A DNA stretch of 64,000 bases. Source: Vicugna vicugna. Its lineage: Eukaryota. A program made the position numbers and the translations under genes. Under the pieces are notes generated by a model, which was not told where the DNA came from, searched no databases, and was given only the letters and a program-made list of their open reading frames with translations. The DNA is taken from positions 170,054 to 234,053 of the forward strand of contig MU057632.1 in NCBI GenBank assembly GCA_013265495.1, given 5' to 3'. Shown piece after piece: positions 1 to 14,209 of this stretch (position 1 is the first letter of the stretch; the number at the start of each line of letters is the position of its first letter).

Positions 1-190
1 AAGCCAACCACAAAATAAGAATCAACAGAATGCAGTAATCCAATCATAACGGACAATCAAATGTGCTTACACATATTCAAGAAATCAATCATCTTCGTTA
101 TAAATAATAAATAGTTCATTTGTGTCATTATTATCGCTATTATTTTTTGGATTTCTCATATAAATGATGTCATACAGCATCTTTCTTTCC

Positions 191-297
191 TTTTTTAATT
201 GATGTTACTTATTAATTTTTAATGGCAGTACTGGGGACTGAACCCAGGACCTCATGCATGCTAAGTATGCATTCTACCACTGAGCTATGCCCTCCTC
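191..297 (-). mobile_element. Vic-1-like tRNA-derived SINE
   Basis: Reverse complement reads GGG-ATAGCTCAGTGGTAGA...GCATG...GGTCCTGGGTTCAGTCCCCAGTAC (Pol III A and B boxes) plus an A-rich tail. Confidence 0.85.
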
Positions 298-879
298 TCC
301 TTGAAGAACAGATTATTATTAGCTTAGAGAGCTGAAGCCCCTTTATGGGGGAGATGGCATCATACCTAGGCTGTGAAGGAGGGGTAATATTTTGAGAGGC
401 AAAAATGATAAGGATAAGGGTGACCTTGGGAAGGAAACAGTGAGATGAAATAGAGTAGGTTCGGGAGCATCTGTTCAGTTGGGCTGGAGCCTGGTGGGTC
501 TGGAGAGGATTAATGGGAGAGGAGGCTAACTAGCTGTGCTGGAACTGGATCTGGGTGTCTTTGAAAAGTGATCATTGGATCATGTCTCTCCCATGGTCAG
601 GCTGCTTCCAGGTTGCCCACGTTCCTTAGAACAGGGTCCCAGCTCCTCTGTAGAACCTATGAGGTTCTGCTCCATCCTAAGAATGATCAGGTGGCTGAGT
701 CAACACAGCACCCAGGGGATCATCCGAAAGTGGACAGGAGAGAGATGACTCTGGGAAGTTCAACCGAAGCGCATTTAAGGACTGTCTGGGAGGAAGAGGA
801 AGACTAAATCAACATGGCTTGAAAATTGCAAGTGGGAAGATGGTTGCAGCAGAAATAAAAATAAGCTAGAGAGAGAGAG

Positions 880-1120
880 AAGGGAGGGATAAATTAGGAG
901 TTTGGGGTTAATACTACTATATGGAAAACAGATAAACAACAAGGACCTCCTGAACAGCACAGGGAACTATATTCAATATCTTATAATAACCTATCATGGA
1001 AAAGAACCTGAAAAAGAACATACATGTATAACTGAATCACTACGCTGTACACTAGAAACTAACACAACATGGTAAATCAACTATCCTTCAGTTAAAAGGA
1101 AAAAATAAATATTAAAAGAA
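880..1120 (+). mobile_element. L1 3' end (cetartiodactyl/camelid type), 5'-truncated
   Basis: gggagggataaattaggagtttggg...agataaacaacaaggacct...cacagggaactatattcaatatctt...aactgaatcact...gctgtacac...aaatcaacta plus A tail. Confidence 0.85.
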
Positions 1121-1129
1121 AGAGAAGTT

Positions 1130-1640
1130 TTTGAAGCAAAGATGAAGACTTCAGTTTTCAAATAAGGGTTTTTAGAATGTCAGTGTGATGCTGATCTAGA
1201 AATGTCGAGCAAGGAATTAAGAATCAGAGCTCGAGCTGTGGGAGCGACTGGGTTTGGCCTGAGGTTTGGGGTTTGGAAATGGGCACAAAGTGATTGCAGA
1301 GGCTTTGTGACAAAATGAGGTTGCACAGGGTACAAAGAAGGGGAACAGGGACACCTCCTCAGGAAACACAGATCTCTAAGGGATGGGAGGGAAGGGAAAG
1401 CCAGAGAAGAATACAGTTTGGGGACTAGGAGTGTGTTATATAAATGGAAACTCAGTGGAGGAGAGAGTGTTCCTAAAAGGACCAGGTGATCCCTGAGGTC
1501 ACAAGCTCACAGAAAACAAGGAGAAAGGGGATTAAGAAAAGATATTGGACACAGATGGTGTTCCCTGGTGATTTCTAAGAAAGTGATTGTTTCAATCTTG
1601 TTATCTCATCTGGGTTTTGAAGAAGGGGCGCCATTTTGAG
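1130..1640. mobile_element. Probable old L2 fragments
   Basis: Purine-rich degraded sequence with L2-like motifs. Recognised by eye only. Confidence 0.4.
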
Positions 1641-2254
1641 AGGCAGAAATGGTAGAGGGAGATAAACTCCATGATGCTAGACCCTTTGGAAGTGTTCCAC
1701 TCAGCTCAGCTGACCACCCCTCCCTAGAATCTCTCTTCTCTCCTCACTTTTGTGGTTTTCCCTTGGCATTTTTGGTGTCTCATTTTATGTGATTCCTCCT
1801 ACTGTGAAGAGGGGAGGGCTGGTGGCTGTCTGATGGGGTGAGGTACCCGAGGAGGCAGGGGATGTAGGATCAGGATAGAGTTGGAGAGATTAGCCTTGGT
1901 GGTGTGAAAGGACAGCCCTTCCAACAAAGATGTAGACACAGTGTGAGTGGAGGGTGGAACTGGAACGCTCAGGACAGTCTCCTTCAATCCCAGGGAAGGA
2001 GAAGGCAGGACCATCTGTGGGGAGAGAAAGGCTTGGAACAGGGGAAGGGCTTGGGCCATGAGAGTGTGAGAGGGACCCTGTGATAGAGCCTAGCATGGAA
2101 CCAAGAGGCCTCCCGGCTGGAGGAGACTCATTTGAGGATGAAAAGGAACTGGTAGTAGAACACAGCAACCAAGTTAATAAGATGTCACGAGCAGCATTTG
2201 TAGGGAATTCTCTAAGGAACTGCTTGAGGTTGCAGAGAAAAATACTCCTGGCTT

Positions 2255-2392
2255 GGTGGGAGGGTGTAGCTCAGTGGTAGCGCACATGCTTAGCATGCAA
2301 GAGGCCCTGGGTTCAACCCCTAGTGTCTCCACTAAAACAATTAAATAAATACATAAATAACTCTAATTACCCTCCCCCACAACAACAACAAC
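2255..2392 (+). mobile_element. Vic-1-like SINE with perfect 16-bp TSD
   Basis: tRNA-like head, (TAAA)n, ctaattaccctccccc, (CAA)n tail. TSD AAAATACTCCTGGCTT at 2239-2254 and 2393-2408. Confidence 0.93.
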
Positions 2393-3074
2393 AAAATACT
2401 CCTGGCTTAGTTTAATTATAGGTTCCCAATCTTAAGTATGTGGGAAAGAGTTTAATCTACTGTGCTTTTCCTGCAACACAGCTTAATCCTTTACAGTGGT
2501 TTATTAATAATAATGAATGGAAGGAGAAATTTCACGGTTTGGTCACAGCAATAATGCCACATTTCATGGTTTGCTTTACATTTTAGTTTTACATCTGAGC
2601 TGTTCTCTTCAGCCCAACGCTCAGAGGGTGGGCATTAAACAACTGACTCGACCCTGGAAGGACAGGACAGCAAAGTGAAGATGTGCTCAGTTCCGGTATG
2701 AAGTCCAGGCAAGGAGCGCCTGCGCCCTCATTCTGAGTTCAGGGCTGCCCCGGAAGGCAAGGTGGTCTGTGGGGGAGAGGAGGTGCTGTGGACCCTAGTC
2801 CACACCCGGGGGTCCCCCCGGGGATGGCAAAGACCCCACCCACCTTGTCTGCCCTGAGGTTCCAACTCCCAGCACTCCCTCCACCTAATTTTGAAGTCGT
2901 TCAGTGTCGCTTGATTGAGAGTGTGGGAACCTTTAGTGACCAGGCCGGGATTTGGCACGAGGATGCAGTTTTGTCTCCCTCTGTGCCAGGGAGGGGAGTG
3001 GTGCCTTCCCTGGAGAGCACATGGTTTCAGTTCTTACGGCTGCAAAGGGGACAACCGGTCTCCAAATCACTGGT

Positions 3075-3390
3075 CAGATTCTTTTTCATTATAGGTCACT
3101 GCAAGACACTGAATATAGTTCCCTGGGCTGTATGGTAGGATCTTGTTGTTTATCTATTTTATATATAGCAGTCTCTGCAAATCTCAAACTCTCAATTTAT
3201 CCCTCCCCTACCTTCCCCCCCCGCCCCCGGTAACCATACGTTTGTTCTCTTTGTCTGAGTTTCTTTCTGTTTTGTAAATAACTTCATTTCTGTCGTTTTT
3301 TTAAGATTCCACATATAAGTGAGAGCATTGGGTATTTTTCTTTCTCTTCCTGGCTTACTTCACTTAGTGTGATGATCTCTAGGTCCACCT
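3075..3390 (-). mobile_element. L1 3' UTR fragment
   Basis: cagattcttttt...gaatatagttccctg...ggtaaccat...agattccacatataagtga...ttcacttag, the antisense of the L1 3' end. Confidence 0.85.
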
Positions 3391-3919
3391 ATTGAATTTA
3401 CTTAAAAAAATTAAAAGATGAATTAAAGAGAATTTGGATATCTCTTTTCGTGTGGCTTTAGGCAGAGTGGTACTTCCACTGAGCAGGAGGACACCATTCA
3501 TCGTCAGACTTGATGACACCAGGTAGACACTGGTAGAAGCGGCCGACAGGACAGATCAGGACCCTGGGGACTGGCCCACTCAACCTGTGGTCCCAGGAAG
3601 CTGGCCTCAGCCGTGCTGGTCATTTGTGTGGTGTCTCAGCTGGGCTGTTTACTTGAAGGTGATTTGTCAGATGGGAGCAGCTCAGGTACATTTTTGTCCT
3701 TGTGTCCCATCTGTTCCATTGCAGTCACGCAGATAAGAAAACATAGTTTCCAAAAGTCTGTGGGTTGCAAATGTTGGCATAAAGGTGTAATTGTAGCCAC
3801 AGGGTCAGAGGCAGGCTCCGGGTACTTCAGAATGTTCAGCAATCAAGACTTTCTTCCTCAGGAATAATAGTGTGAAATGAATGCAAATTCCGGTCCAAGC
3901 TTTCTTGATTATTAAGAAA

Positions 3920-4070
3920 TTTTTATTTATTTAAACATTGTGTGTGTGTGTGTGTTTAGGTAATTCTGTTCATTTATTCATTTATTTAAATGGCAGTACT
4001 GGGGATTGAACCCAGGACCCCATGCATGCTAAGCATGTGCTCTACCACTGAGCTGTACCTCCCAACCCCA
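3920..4070 (-). mobile_element. Vic-1-like SINE with (TG)n in the tail
   Basis: gtactggggattgaacccaggacc...gcatgctaagcatgtgctctaccactgagct. Confidence 0.88.
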
Positions 4071-4368
4071 CCGCTTGATTTTCTTTTTTAATGGGATGGT
4101 AGAGGCTGTGTTCAGATTATAATTCAGACGTTGGTTAGGCTACAGTTGTTTGTTTGTTTGTTTTCAATAGCAGAATTAATTTGAGACCAGAAGCTATGAA
4201 TCCTTCCTTCTTTTCTTTTAGCAACAAATCAACAAATATTTATTGGCCTGGTTTTGAGAATGTAATTATGAATAGTAGTTTATAGATAATGTATTCATGT
4301 CAACAAGTTAAGAATATAGTATTTGTAGATTTTCATAGCACAGCATAATTTCCCCCTAAGGGGGTCCT

Positions 4369-5587
4369 TTTTAAAAAACAATTTTAATTTTATTTATTTA
4401 ATTTTCTTTTTTCTTCTATTTTTTAAAATTTCTTATTGAGTTAGTCATTTTACAATGTTGTGTAAATTCCAGTGTAGAGTGTAATTGACATACAGCACTG
4501 TGTAAGTCTAAGGTGTACAACACAATGACTTGACTTGCATAAACCATGAAATGATAATCACAGTAAGTTCAGTGAACACTGTCATCTCAAACAGATACAT
4601 CATTCAAGAAATAGACAAAAATTTTTTGTGATAAAAACTTAGGACTTACTGTCTTACCAACTTTCATATACAACACAGAGCTGTGTTAATTATATTTATC
4701 ATGTTGTACATTACATTTCTAGTACCTATTTATCTTACAACTGGAAGTTTGTACCTTTCAACCACCTTTATCCAGTCTTCCCTCCCTCCAATCCCTGCCT
4801 CTGGTAACCACAAATCAGATCTCCTTCTCTATGAGTTTGTTTTTGAAGTCTAATTGACCTACAGAGCTATGTTAGTTACTGTTACATGACATGGTGATTT
4901 GGTATTTTTATAACATTTAAAAATGATTACCATGATAAGTCTAGTTATGATGTCACCACACAAAGACATCACATAGTTATTGACTGTATTCCCCACACTA
5001 TGTATTTCATGCCTCTGATTCATTTATTTTGCAACTGAAATTTGTACCTCTCAGTTTCCTTTATCTGTTTCTTTCCTTTCTGAATCTCCTGCCCTCTGGC
5101 AACCATCCATTTGTTTTCTGTATCTGTAACTCTGTTTCTGTTTTGTTACATTTGTTCATTTATTTTATTTTTTAGATTCCACATGTAAGTGAAATCATAA
5201 CAGTATTTGTCTTTCTCTGACTTATTTCACTTAGCATAATACCGTCTAGGTCCATCTGTGTTATCGCAAATGGCAAGACTTCATTCTTTTTTATGGCTGA
5301 GTAATATTCCATTATATTTATATCCCCCACATCTTCTTTATCCAGTCATTTGTTGATGGGCACTTGGGTTGCTTCTATATCTTGGTTACTAATGCTGCTG
5401 TGAACATAGGGGTGCATGTATGTTTCCCAGTCAGTGTTTTTGTTTTCTCTGGATAAATATATCCAGAGAAATGGAATGGAATTGCTGGATCATGTGGTAG
5501 TTCTATTTTACTTTTTTTGAGGAGTCTCTATACCATTTTCCATAGTGACTGCACCAATTTACATTCCTACCAACAGTGCATGGGGAT
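4369..5587 (-). mobile_element. L1 (L1MA9-lineage-like) 3' portion with stacked 3' ends and TSD
   Basis: Antisense of the ORF2 C-terminus and 3' UTR. TSD CCTAAGGGGG(T/C)CCT at 4355-4368 and 5588-5601 (13/14). Confidence 0.88.
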
Positions 5588-5930
5588 CCTAAGGGGGCCC
5601 TGTAAGGGAGGATGAGTCATGTTGACAGTGATCAACAATCTCCTGCTCCCCTTCCCTCCCTCCTCCCCTCCCCTCTTCTTTGCTTTGCTTCTCTTCTCTG
5701 GGCCACTTCCTGAGCATCTAGTTTCAGACAGTGAGTGGTCACAGAACCTGTGCAGTTAACTGTGAAATTGGTCGCCTTGAACTAGTAGGATGGAAAGACG
5801 TTTGATCTTCAAACTTCAGAAACACCTGCAGTGGTGGCATCATAAAATTTGGGTTCTGCCATGGCAGGAAGCTCAGGCATTAGCATGCTATGTTGTTCTT
5901 CCAGGCTCATGGTCAAATATGTAATAATAG

Positions 5931-6022
5931 GAGAGGGGAAGGTACTGCTCAGTGGTAGAGCGCATGCTCAGCAGGCACGAGGTCTTGGGTTCAATCCCCA
6001 GTGCTTCTGCTAAAAACAAAAA
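5931..6022 (+). mobile_element. Vic-1-like SINE (short form)
   Basis: gctcagtggtagagcgcatgc...ggtcttgggttcaatccccagt; imperfect TSD gtaataatagg/gtaatgatgg. Confidence 0.85.
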
Positions 6023-6074
6023 GTAATGATGGTTGTGACTAACATCTGTCTTGTGTTCAACAAAGTACATCTGC

Positions 6075-6230
6075 ATGCCCTAATCTCATTTAATACACAC
6101 AGCCACTTTGTGTTTGGGTAATACCACTTTCTCAGTTTTATAGAGATATTAAATGATTGCTTAATATTACACCTCCTCTAAATCACAATGATGGGGCTAG
6201 AACCCAGGTCTCCTGACTGTAATTCTGTGT
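6075..6230 (-). mobile_element. MIR fragment
   Basis: taatctcatttaat...cagttttatagaga...ggggctagaacccaggtctcctgact. Confidence 0.6.
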
Positions 6231-7279
6231 TTTTCAATATGGAATAATAATGTGGAATAATGCTTACGGACTAATACTTATGGAATAACGCTTACAGAAG
6301 TATCCAGAGTCACGTGTGAGATAACAACATTAAAGAAACACTCTTCTTAGGAAAGAATCTCCCAGAGACACTTAGGACCAATATATTCTATAAATACACG
6401 CCATTGACGTAGGCATGGGACTGGTAGAGGTTAATAATAGCCAGGCTGTTTTGGTGGGCAGTGGCTGGGGCATGTGTGTCTCAGTTTTGCTTGGTAGTTA
6501 ATAGTATTCTTGAATAATTAGGAACTGGTGTGTTGGTTATCTCATAGCCCAAGTAAGGCTTTGATATTGCCAGGTAATGCACTGGTGGTATGAAACACTT
6601 AACTTTTATTTACTGTACTGGCCACTGAGTCAGAAAACAGCAGCTTATATGAGGTTGCAGAAAACATTTTGTCCTGGTGAATCTAAGGGGAGTTGATTCT
6701 CAGAAGAGCAACTGGTATTATCAAGAACAAGGGTATCTTTGCTCTTTCCACAAATGTGTACCACTTCTTATTCTTAGATTTTGCAGGGGGACAGGAATCA
6801 TGGCATCTATTTGGGCTGTACACCCTGCTGAGTGCGAGTGCACATTATGTGTAGAGTCTTCCAAACGGTTTGCTTGGAGAAAGACTCTAAGATTTTCAGC
6901 ATGAATTCTAGGACTAACTGGCTGACATTCCATTCTTCTACATGACTGAAGTAATCACTTCAAGCACGTGGTCTCTGGTGGAGGCTGCATTCAGATGCTT
7001 ACTCAGGAGTCGATTTATGCTATCCGCTGCTGTAGGACATCTTTAAAAAAACCCCATAACACTGTCTTCATCACAGGAATAGTGGTAAATAGGAAGACGA
7101 CAAGCAGGCTTTTGAGAATAGGTCATTACCAGGAAAAATTACTTCAGAAGGACCATATCTCACATTATTTCAGAATAAATCTAAGGCAAATCAAAAGAAG
7201 GAAAATAATAACAGGAAAGAGGGAGATAATGATAAAGAGTAGCTCCAGGAAAACTTGCTCTTAAATTACTTCAGAAGCT

Positions 7280-7378
7280 TTCTTTCTTTTTTTTTTTTTT
7301 TTAATGAAGGTACTGGGGATTGAACCCACGACCTCACACATGCTAAATAGTGCTCTACCACTGAGCTACATCCTCCCC
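7280..7378 (-). mobile_element. Vic-1-like SINE
   Basis: polyT then ggtactggggattgaaccc...gctctaccactgagctacatcctcccc. Confidence 0.85.
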
Positions 7379-9425
7379 TGTCTCAGAGTAAACCTAAGGC
7401 AACTGAAGAGGAGGAGGATGACGATAAAAAATGACATTAAATGGTGCTCCGCCCAGCCATCAGAGGATCTTCTTCAGCTGTAGCTACTGGGGCCTCAGCC
7501 CCTCCTCCACTTCCTCTGTCATCAATGCCTCTTCCGTTGTTACTTCAGAGCCCAGAACCTCTTTTCATTGAAACCCCCAGTTCCCAAGCCCCTTCTGTGC
7601 TTAAGCTGTGGGTCCACCAGGAAGGATACAGCTCTTTGTCCCTTTCGCTGTGAAGGTGACTCCATCTCCATCCGTAACAGTGATGTCAGTATGAACAGTA
7701 GCCACCATCTTTGATTGGGCATCTGCCATGGTCTTAGTAACAGGCCTTTTATACCAATTAAACCACTCGATGAGCTGAGTACTATTGTTTGCTAGTATGT
7801 AGTTATTTTCAGAGATAAAAGTTCTCTGAATTGCTATTGGCTTTGAGCAGTACTAATCCTACTGTGTAGTCCTCTAAAAGTTGGCTTTGGGGACAGCCTT
7901 CAGCATCTTCTTAATGGATGGAGTTTAGCAGTTAATGTTTAGAATTCACGGGCACACTGCAATGATAGACCACAAATTGTGGTTTTATACTTTATGTAGA
8001 CACTTTCTTTTTTTAAATAAATGGGGATTTCCTTTTTTCACCAAGGCCTAGAACTGATAAACACTCCAATTCAGGACACTTTCATTTCCTTATTTATTCT
8101 GGATACTTCCATGGTTAGGAAGGTGTCCCTCACGTGCAGTACAGACAGTTTTAACTAAAAAGTATCCAGATATATTTCACTAGGGTCTATAATTAAAGGT
8201 TTAGTATTCTAAATTTGTTTTACTTCACATTGGAGACCTAGTATATGTTCTTCTTATAAAGAATAGAAATAATAAGCTCTCTTGTTTGTTTTTTGTGTCT
8301 TTTTTGGCTTCAGACGATTTCATTAATGAGTTAATTAATATCAACAGACCCCCCCTCTGGACCAACAAGGCCTTTTTTCATTCCTAGAATGATGACATCT
8401 TAGAAGATTTTTATTCTTGTATTCAAAATTAAATCTTTTTTCAATTTGATGAATTTTGATAGATGTATACACCCATGAAACCACCACCACAATCAAGACT
8501 AGATTTAAAAAAAAATTAGAGACATAATTAGGCCATTCAAAGAGTCTGTTAAGTATTAAGATTAAACTTCAGTCAAAACAGCATGACTGAAATGGAAATC
8601 GATGAGTAGATGAGGTGAGAGCAATGACCTTTGGAAACCCGCAACGTGGGTTATTCTGGACAAAGAAATGAACTGATGACTCAGTGAGAGGGAGACTCAG
8701 AGTTTCCTGCACACCGTCAAACACACATTACAACAGTTCTGATTAGTAATAAGAAGAAAGTAAGACTAGTGGAAGGAAGGGGGCGGAGCCGCCAGCTGAC
8801 TTCGCCGACACCTGCATCTCAATGGAGAGGGTGCACCTGAGAGCCTCTGTCCTTCGAGCATGTTACAATTACTAAAGAGAAGCAAACACTAAACTTAAGC
8901 TCTGATCATTGCTTTGAACCCTGGGATGATAAATCGTCTCCCTCCTGCTGGCTAGGGAAGCCTCCTGTTTGCTCACAGAGTTTACACAGTTCATCCCACT
9001 GTGAGTCACAGAATTTCATTTGTTCTCCACATATAGAAGGGATTTTGAGGCTGTCAGATGATGGCTCTTTCTTGAGTTTTCCAATTTTCTTCTCTCTAAA
9101 TGGCTATTAGTGCTTGTAGGGGAGGGGAGGCATTGGAAATCAAATTATTGAATCAACAGAGGGCTTTGTTATCAGTGACACAATCTTGTGGACATTTGCT
9201 CTAATAACTTAAAAAATCTTAATCTTCAGATGAATATATTTCTAATTCTCATTAACTTAATTGCTGCTATACAGCAAGCAAATGTACCAAGTTCTGCTTA
9301 ATACAAGCCTTGAAAATTATCATCTTGACGAAGGTTCTAGTTCTCACTGACTAGCTTCCGATGATTAGCACAATAGGACAATACAATAACTGATAACGTA
9401 ACTTTGAGCTCCACAAAACAAACAG

Positions 9426-9625
9426 AGGGGAGGGTATAGCTCAGTGGAAGACTGCATGCCTAGCAAGCACAAGGTGCAGGGTTCGATCCCCAGTACCTCC
9501 ATTAAATATAAATAAATAAATAAACAAACAAACCTAATTACCCACCCCCCAAAAAACAATACACAGTGCTATATGTCAACTATGTCTTAACCAAACTGGA
9601 AGGAAAAAAAAGAGTGATTAAAAAA
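9426..9625 (+). mobile_element. Vic-1-like SINE directly followed by a short L1 3' terminus
   Basis: ggggagggtatagctcagtgg...ggttcgatccccagtacctcc...ctaattaccc, then acacagtgctatatgtcaactatgtcttaaccaaactggaaggaaaaaaa. Confidence 0.85.
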
Positions 9626-10382
9626 AACAAAAAACAAACCGATCAATGTTTTAACCACAGTTTAAGAAAATGATAGATTTTAGTTTTGGGAACAACCTAG
9701 CACTCGAGAGATACTACTGATGATATAAGAGGACAAATTTGTTGGACCAGAAAGATGGGGAAATTCTTCAGACAGCTATCAATGCTGTTGTTGTATGTTC
9801 ATACAGCTCCCTTTTGGAATGCCTTAAGGAATAAAGTAAAAAGAAATGCAGTTTGTGTACTGCATAAAGCACTCCTTTCTTCTATGACATTCTTATTAGG
9901 GCACATGCCTATGACTGTTTTGTAAATGACTACTTTATAAATTCTTTACAATGCAGAGACAACTTTTGCTTCAGTGGAAAATTACGTGTTATTTAGAGCA
10001 CTCTCTTCAGTGTTATCAGTTTCAGGTTTCATAGGGCTCTGCATCTTTCATGGCCTTTGAGCTATTTGACAGTTATGTAAATTGCAGATAGCTAATAGCA
10101 ATGCCCAGTTATTCTTGTCTATAGACAAGTAAACACATTCTGTCCAGTGGAGGTTTCGCTGAGTTCCCTCTCGGCACTGTGGAAGAAGCCAGGCTTGCCT
10201 CTATTTGCACATTCACTTCAATATTCCTAATCTTTATGTTCCTGTTCTTTGGATAGTCCTTTGAACTGGTTGTAATATCTTAGAAGTTCCTTCGTTAATA
10301 ATAACTTAAATTAAAAAAAGATTAAATAACGTTTTTAGCACATGGTTATTTTCTACGTGTATTAGAGTCAGGATTTTACTTT

Positions 10383-10531
10383 AAAAAAACACGGCATTTA
10401 TTTGTTTGTTTGTTTTTTGGAAAAGGTAATTAAGTTTATTTATAAACTTATTTTAATGGATGTACTGGGGATTGAACCCAGGACCTTGTGCATGCCAGGC
10501 ACGTGCTCTACCCCTGAGCTGTACCCTCCCC
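10383..10531 (-). mobile_element. Vic-1-like SINE
   Basis: Antisense head; TSD GATTTTACTTT on both sides. Confidence 0.88.
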
Positions 10532-10959
10532 AAAGATTTTACTTTTATTTGTTTGGAAAACTATGATTTAACAACAGTGTAAAGGAAAGAGAGGTTTCTG
10601 AGGGGGAAGTTTTGAAATTTGGTGTCTGTCATCTCTGCTCACACAGATGGTTACCACTCTTCTCTTTTCCCCTTTTTGTACCATAATTTTACTCTTCTAA
10701 CCTTCATTCAGTTACTATTCCTTTTTTTTTCTTTAACCACAGATAAAATTTTTGATGGGTGCCAAAGCTAGGTAACAACTGGTTGTTTAAAACTGTTGCT
10801 TCACAAAGGGAAAATAAACAAATGAGCTTATCAACATTTTAATCACAATTAAAAAATAATTTGTTTTTACTTTGGTAACAGCCTAGCACTCAAGAAATAA
10901 TACTGATGATTTGTAAGAGAAATTAACTTTGTTGGACCTAAGTGACAGGGAGACTTTTT

Positions 10960-11397
10960 TTTTTACTTTATTTAAAAATTAAAAAAAATTTATTAAAATT
11001 TTTTTTTTATTGATGTGTAGTTGATTTACAATATTAGTTTCAGGTATACAGCAAAATTGACTCAATTTTACATATACATAAATATAGAGTTTTTCTTTTC
11101 AGATTCTTTTCCATTATCTGTTATTACAAGAAATTGAATATAGTTCCTTGTGCTGTACAGTAGGTCCTTGTTCATCTATTTTATGTACAGTAATGTTTGT
11201 CTGCTAATCCCCAACCCCTAATTTATCTCTCCCAACCCTTTCCCCTTTGGTAGCCATAGTTTGTTTTCTATGTCCATGAGTCTGTTTTTGGTTTGTAAAT
11301 CAAATTTGTATCATTTTTTTTTAGATTCCACATATATGTGATATCATATGACTTTTGTCTTTGTCTGACTTACTTCACTCAATATGATGATCTCTGG
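10960..11397 (-). mobile_element. L1 3' end
   Basis: T-rich tail, ttgatttacaatattagtttcaggtatacagc...agattccacatatatgtgatatcat...ttcactcaatatgatgatctct. Confidence 0.88.
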
Positions 11398-11513
11398 GTG
11401 AGATGGGGAAAGTCTTCAGGTAATTTTAGGTGCTGTATATCTTCGTATACTCCCCTTCAGGAAGTTCATATTTTTTATTGAGACCACTCATAGGAATCAT
11501 TGCCCTGTATTCA

Positions 11514-11687
<174 letters not shown>

Positions 11688-11800
11688 CTAGATATAAAAG
11701 GAATGAAAGATTTTTAGAGGTGAAAATCATTGAAAAAGGGAAAAATATCTAAGCATGATTCCAATTCATTTTCGTACATCTAGGATATTTATGATGACTT

Positions 11801-12544
<744 letters not shown>

Positions 12545-14209
12545 CTATGCTTTACCTATGCAATTGTGGACCACCTGCTACTTAGCCTTCAAAGAATGGG
12601 ACAATGGCCCTCAGAAAGTTGGATGTTTCTGGGTGCCTGAGGACTGTGGGGCAGCCTGACCCCCATGCCTGATGTCACTGCTGATCCTGTCGGAAGAAAG
12701 GAGTTTCTGTCTCAGCCCGGATGCTGTGGCTCCCTGATTGATGCCGCGAGGCATCACAGCCTGTCCAGGTACGAAAGTGCCACTTCCTATAAAAACACCT
12801 CTTGTTTTCTTGCCAAAGAAGCTCGTCACTCCTTCCTGCAAAAAATTCATATATGTTGTGGACTCTGCAACTTTATATACTGTTTAACAACGGCCTCAAC
12901 TAAGCTGAATACTCTCTCTGCATAGTCCTCTGTACACCTGGTCAGCCAATTATGTGGGTGCTTTGTATTCAAATTAATTAATATTACATTTGTTACAGTA
13001 GAAGATGTAATTATACATACTGTGCATTGCACAGGAATGGATATTTAATGTTTGGCATATTGACATTTGGCTTAAAAAATGTCTGCCCTTTTGTAAGCTA
13101 AAAAGAGAGCGAGCAGCTAATGAAAGCACAGAAAGGTAAGTGAGGACGTAATCGCTCCAATGGTAAATATCTGAGAGATGGAAAGTAGGCTTTGAAGTGG
13201 GAGAAAGGAAGTGGGAATGAATGGCCTCCTATGGCCATTTTTAAAATAAGTTAGCTTGACCTTATCATCCTCAGATAAAAAGTCCTTCCTGCTCTAAGTG
13301 GACTGTGCATGGCAGGGTGTCCACACTCTGAAGGTGAGTTCCACTTCAAGGGTGTCACCTGAGTCATGTTTCTGTTCTCCTCAGGGTAACTGCTCTATGA
13401 CTGTTTTCATCCTTCATTCCTGCATGCAGAAAGGTCTGGTTCCCTGGTGCGGACTGAGAAGACCTTTGAGCCACTCTCCTGGTGTCTCTTCTAGGTCAGG
13501 ACGTGAAGAGAGAGGGTCAGGGGTTGGGAGCACAAGGGTCAGCTGGAGGAATTTTTTCCAATCGGATCTGAACGTGGTGTGACTTTGTGGTTAGGTACAA
13601 GGAAAGTCACAAATGCATCCTTGAGTTATCATTCTCTGTAACCATAATAAATGAAAAGGAACTACATATGTTAATGCAGACACCAAAGACATTAAGTAAA
13701 AAATTCAGTTGCAAAGCAGTATGTACAACATACTCTCATTTTAACAAAAAATATATCCCACAACTAGGAAAAACACGTGAGAGTGTACAGAGGACACTAC
13801 CGTTCTCTCTGGGGGAGGAGAGGTGGGGTGGGCCTGTGGATGAGTGGACTTCTCACTTTCTAAGTTACTGCTTTTGGTAGTGTTGGAATTTTATAACAAA
13901 CTGTCTTTTGAAATCAGGAGAAAAAAAACTGAAAAAAAGAATCAAGTGTGAAAACTTCTCTTGGTTTTCACCTTGGAGGGATTTAGTCCTAAGACAAGTG
14001 GTTGACAGACAAAAAGACATTCCCTTCAATGGCCCTGCTGGATATATATTTTGCATTTATTTCTCATTGTTATCCTGCTTCATCACAAGTGTACAAAGGA
14101 AAGAAAAAAGTATGATTCCCTATTTACTATGTTAAAATATTAGAAGTAGTTGAAATAAGCAAATAAGTAGGAGTGTAGAAAATACAGACTTAGAATTTAC
14201 TATGTAATA

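Noticed and set aside
2255..2335. tRNA-Ala genes (here and at the other ~18 similar sites)
   Set aside because: Diverged stems, shared non-tRNA tail, A-rich ends and TSDs show they are SINEs.
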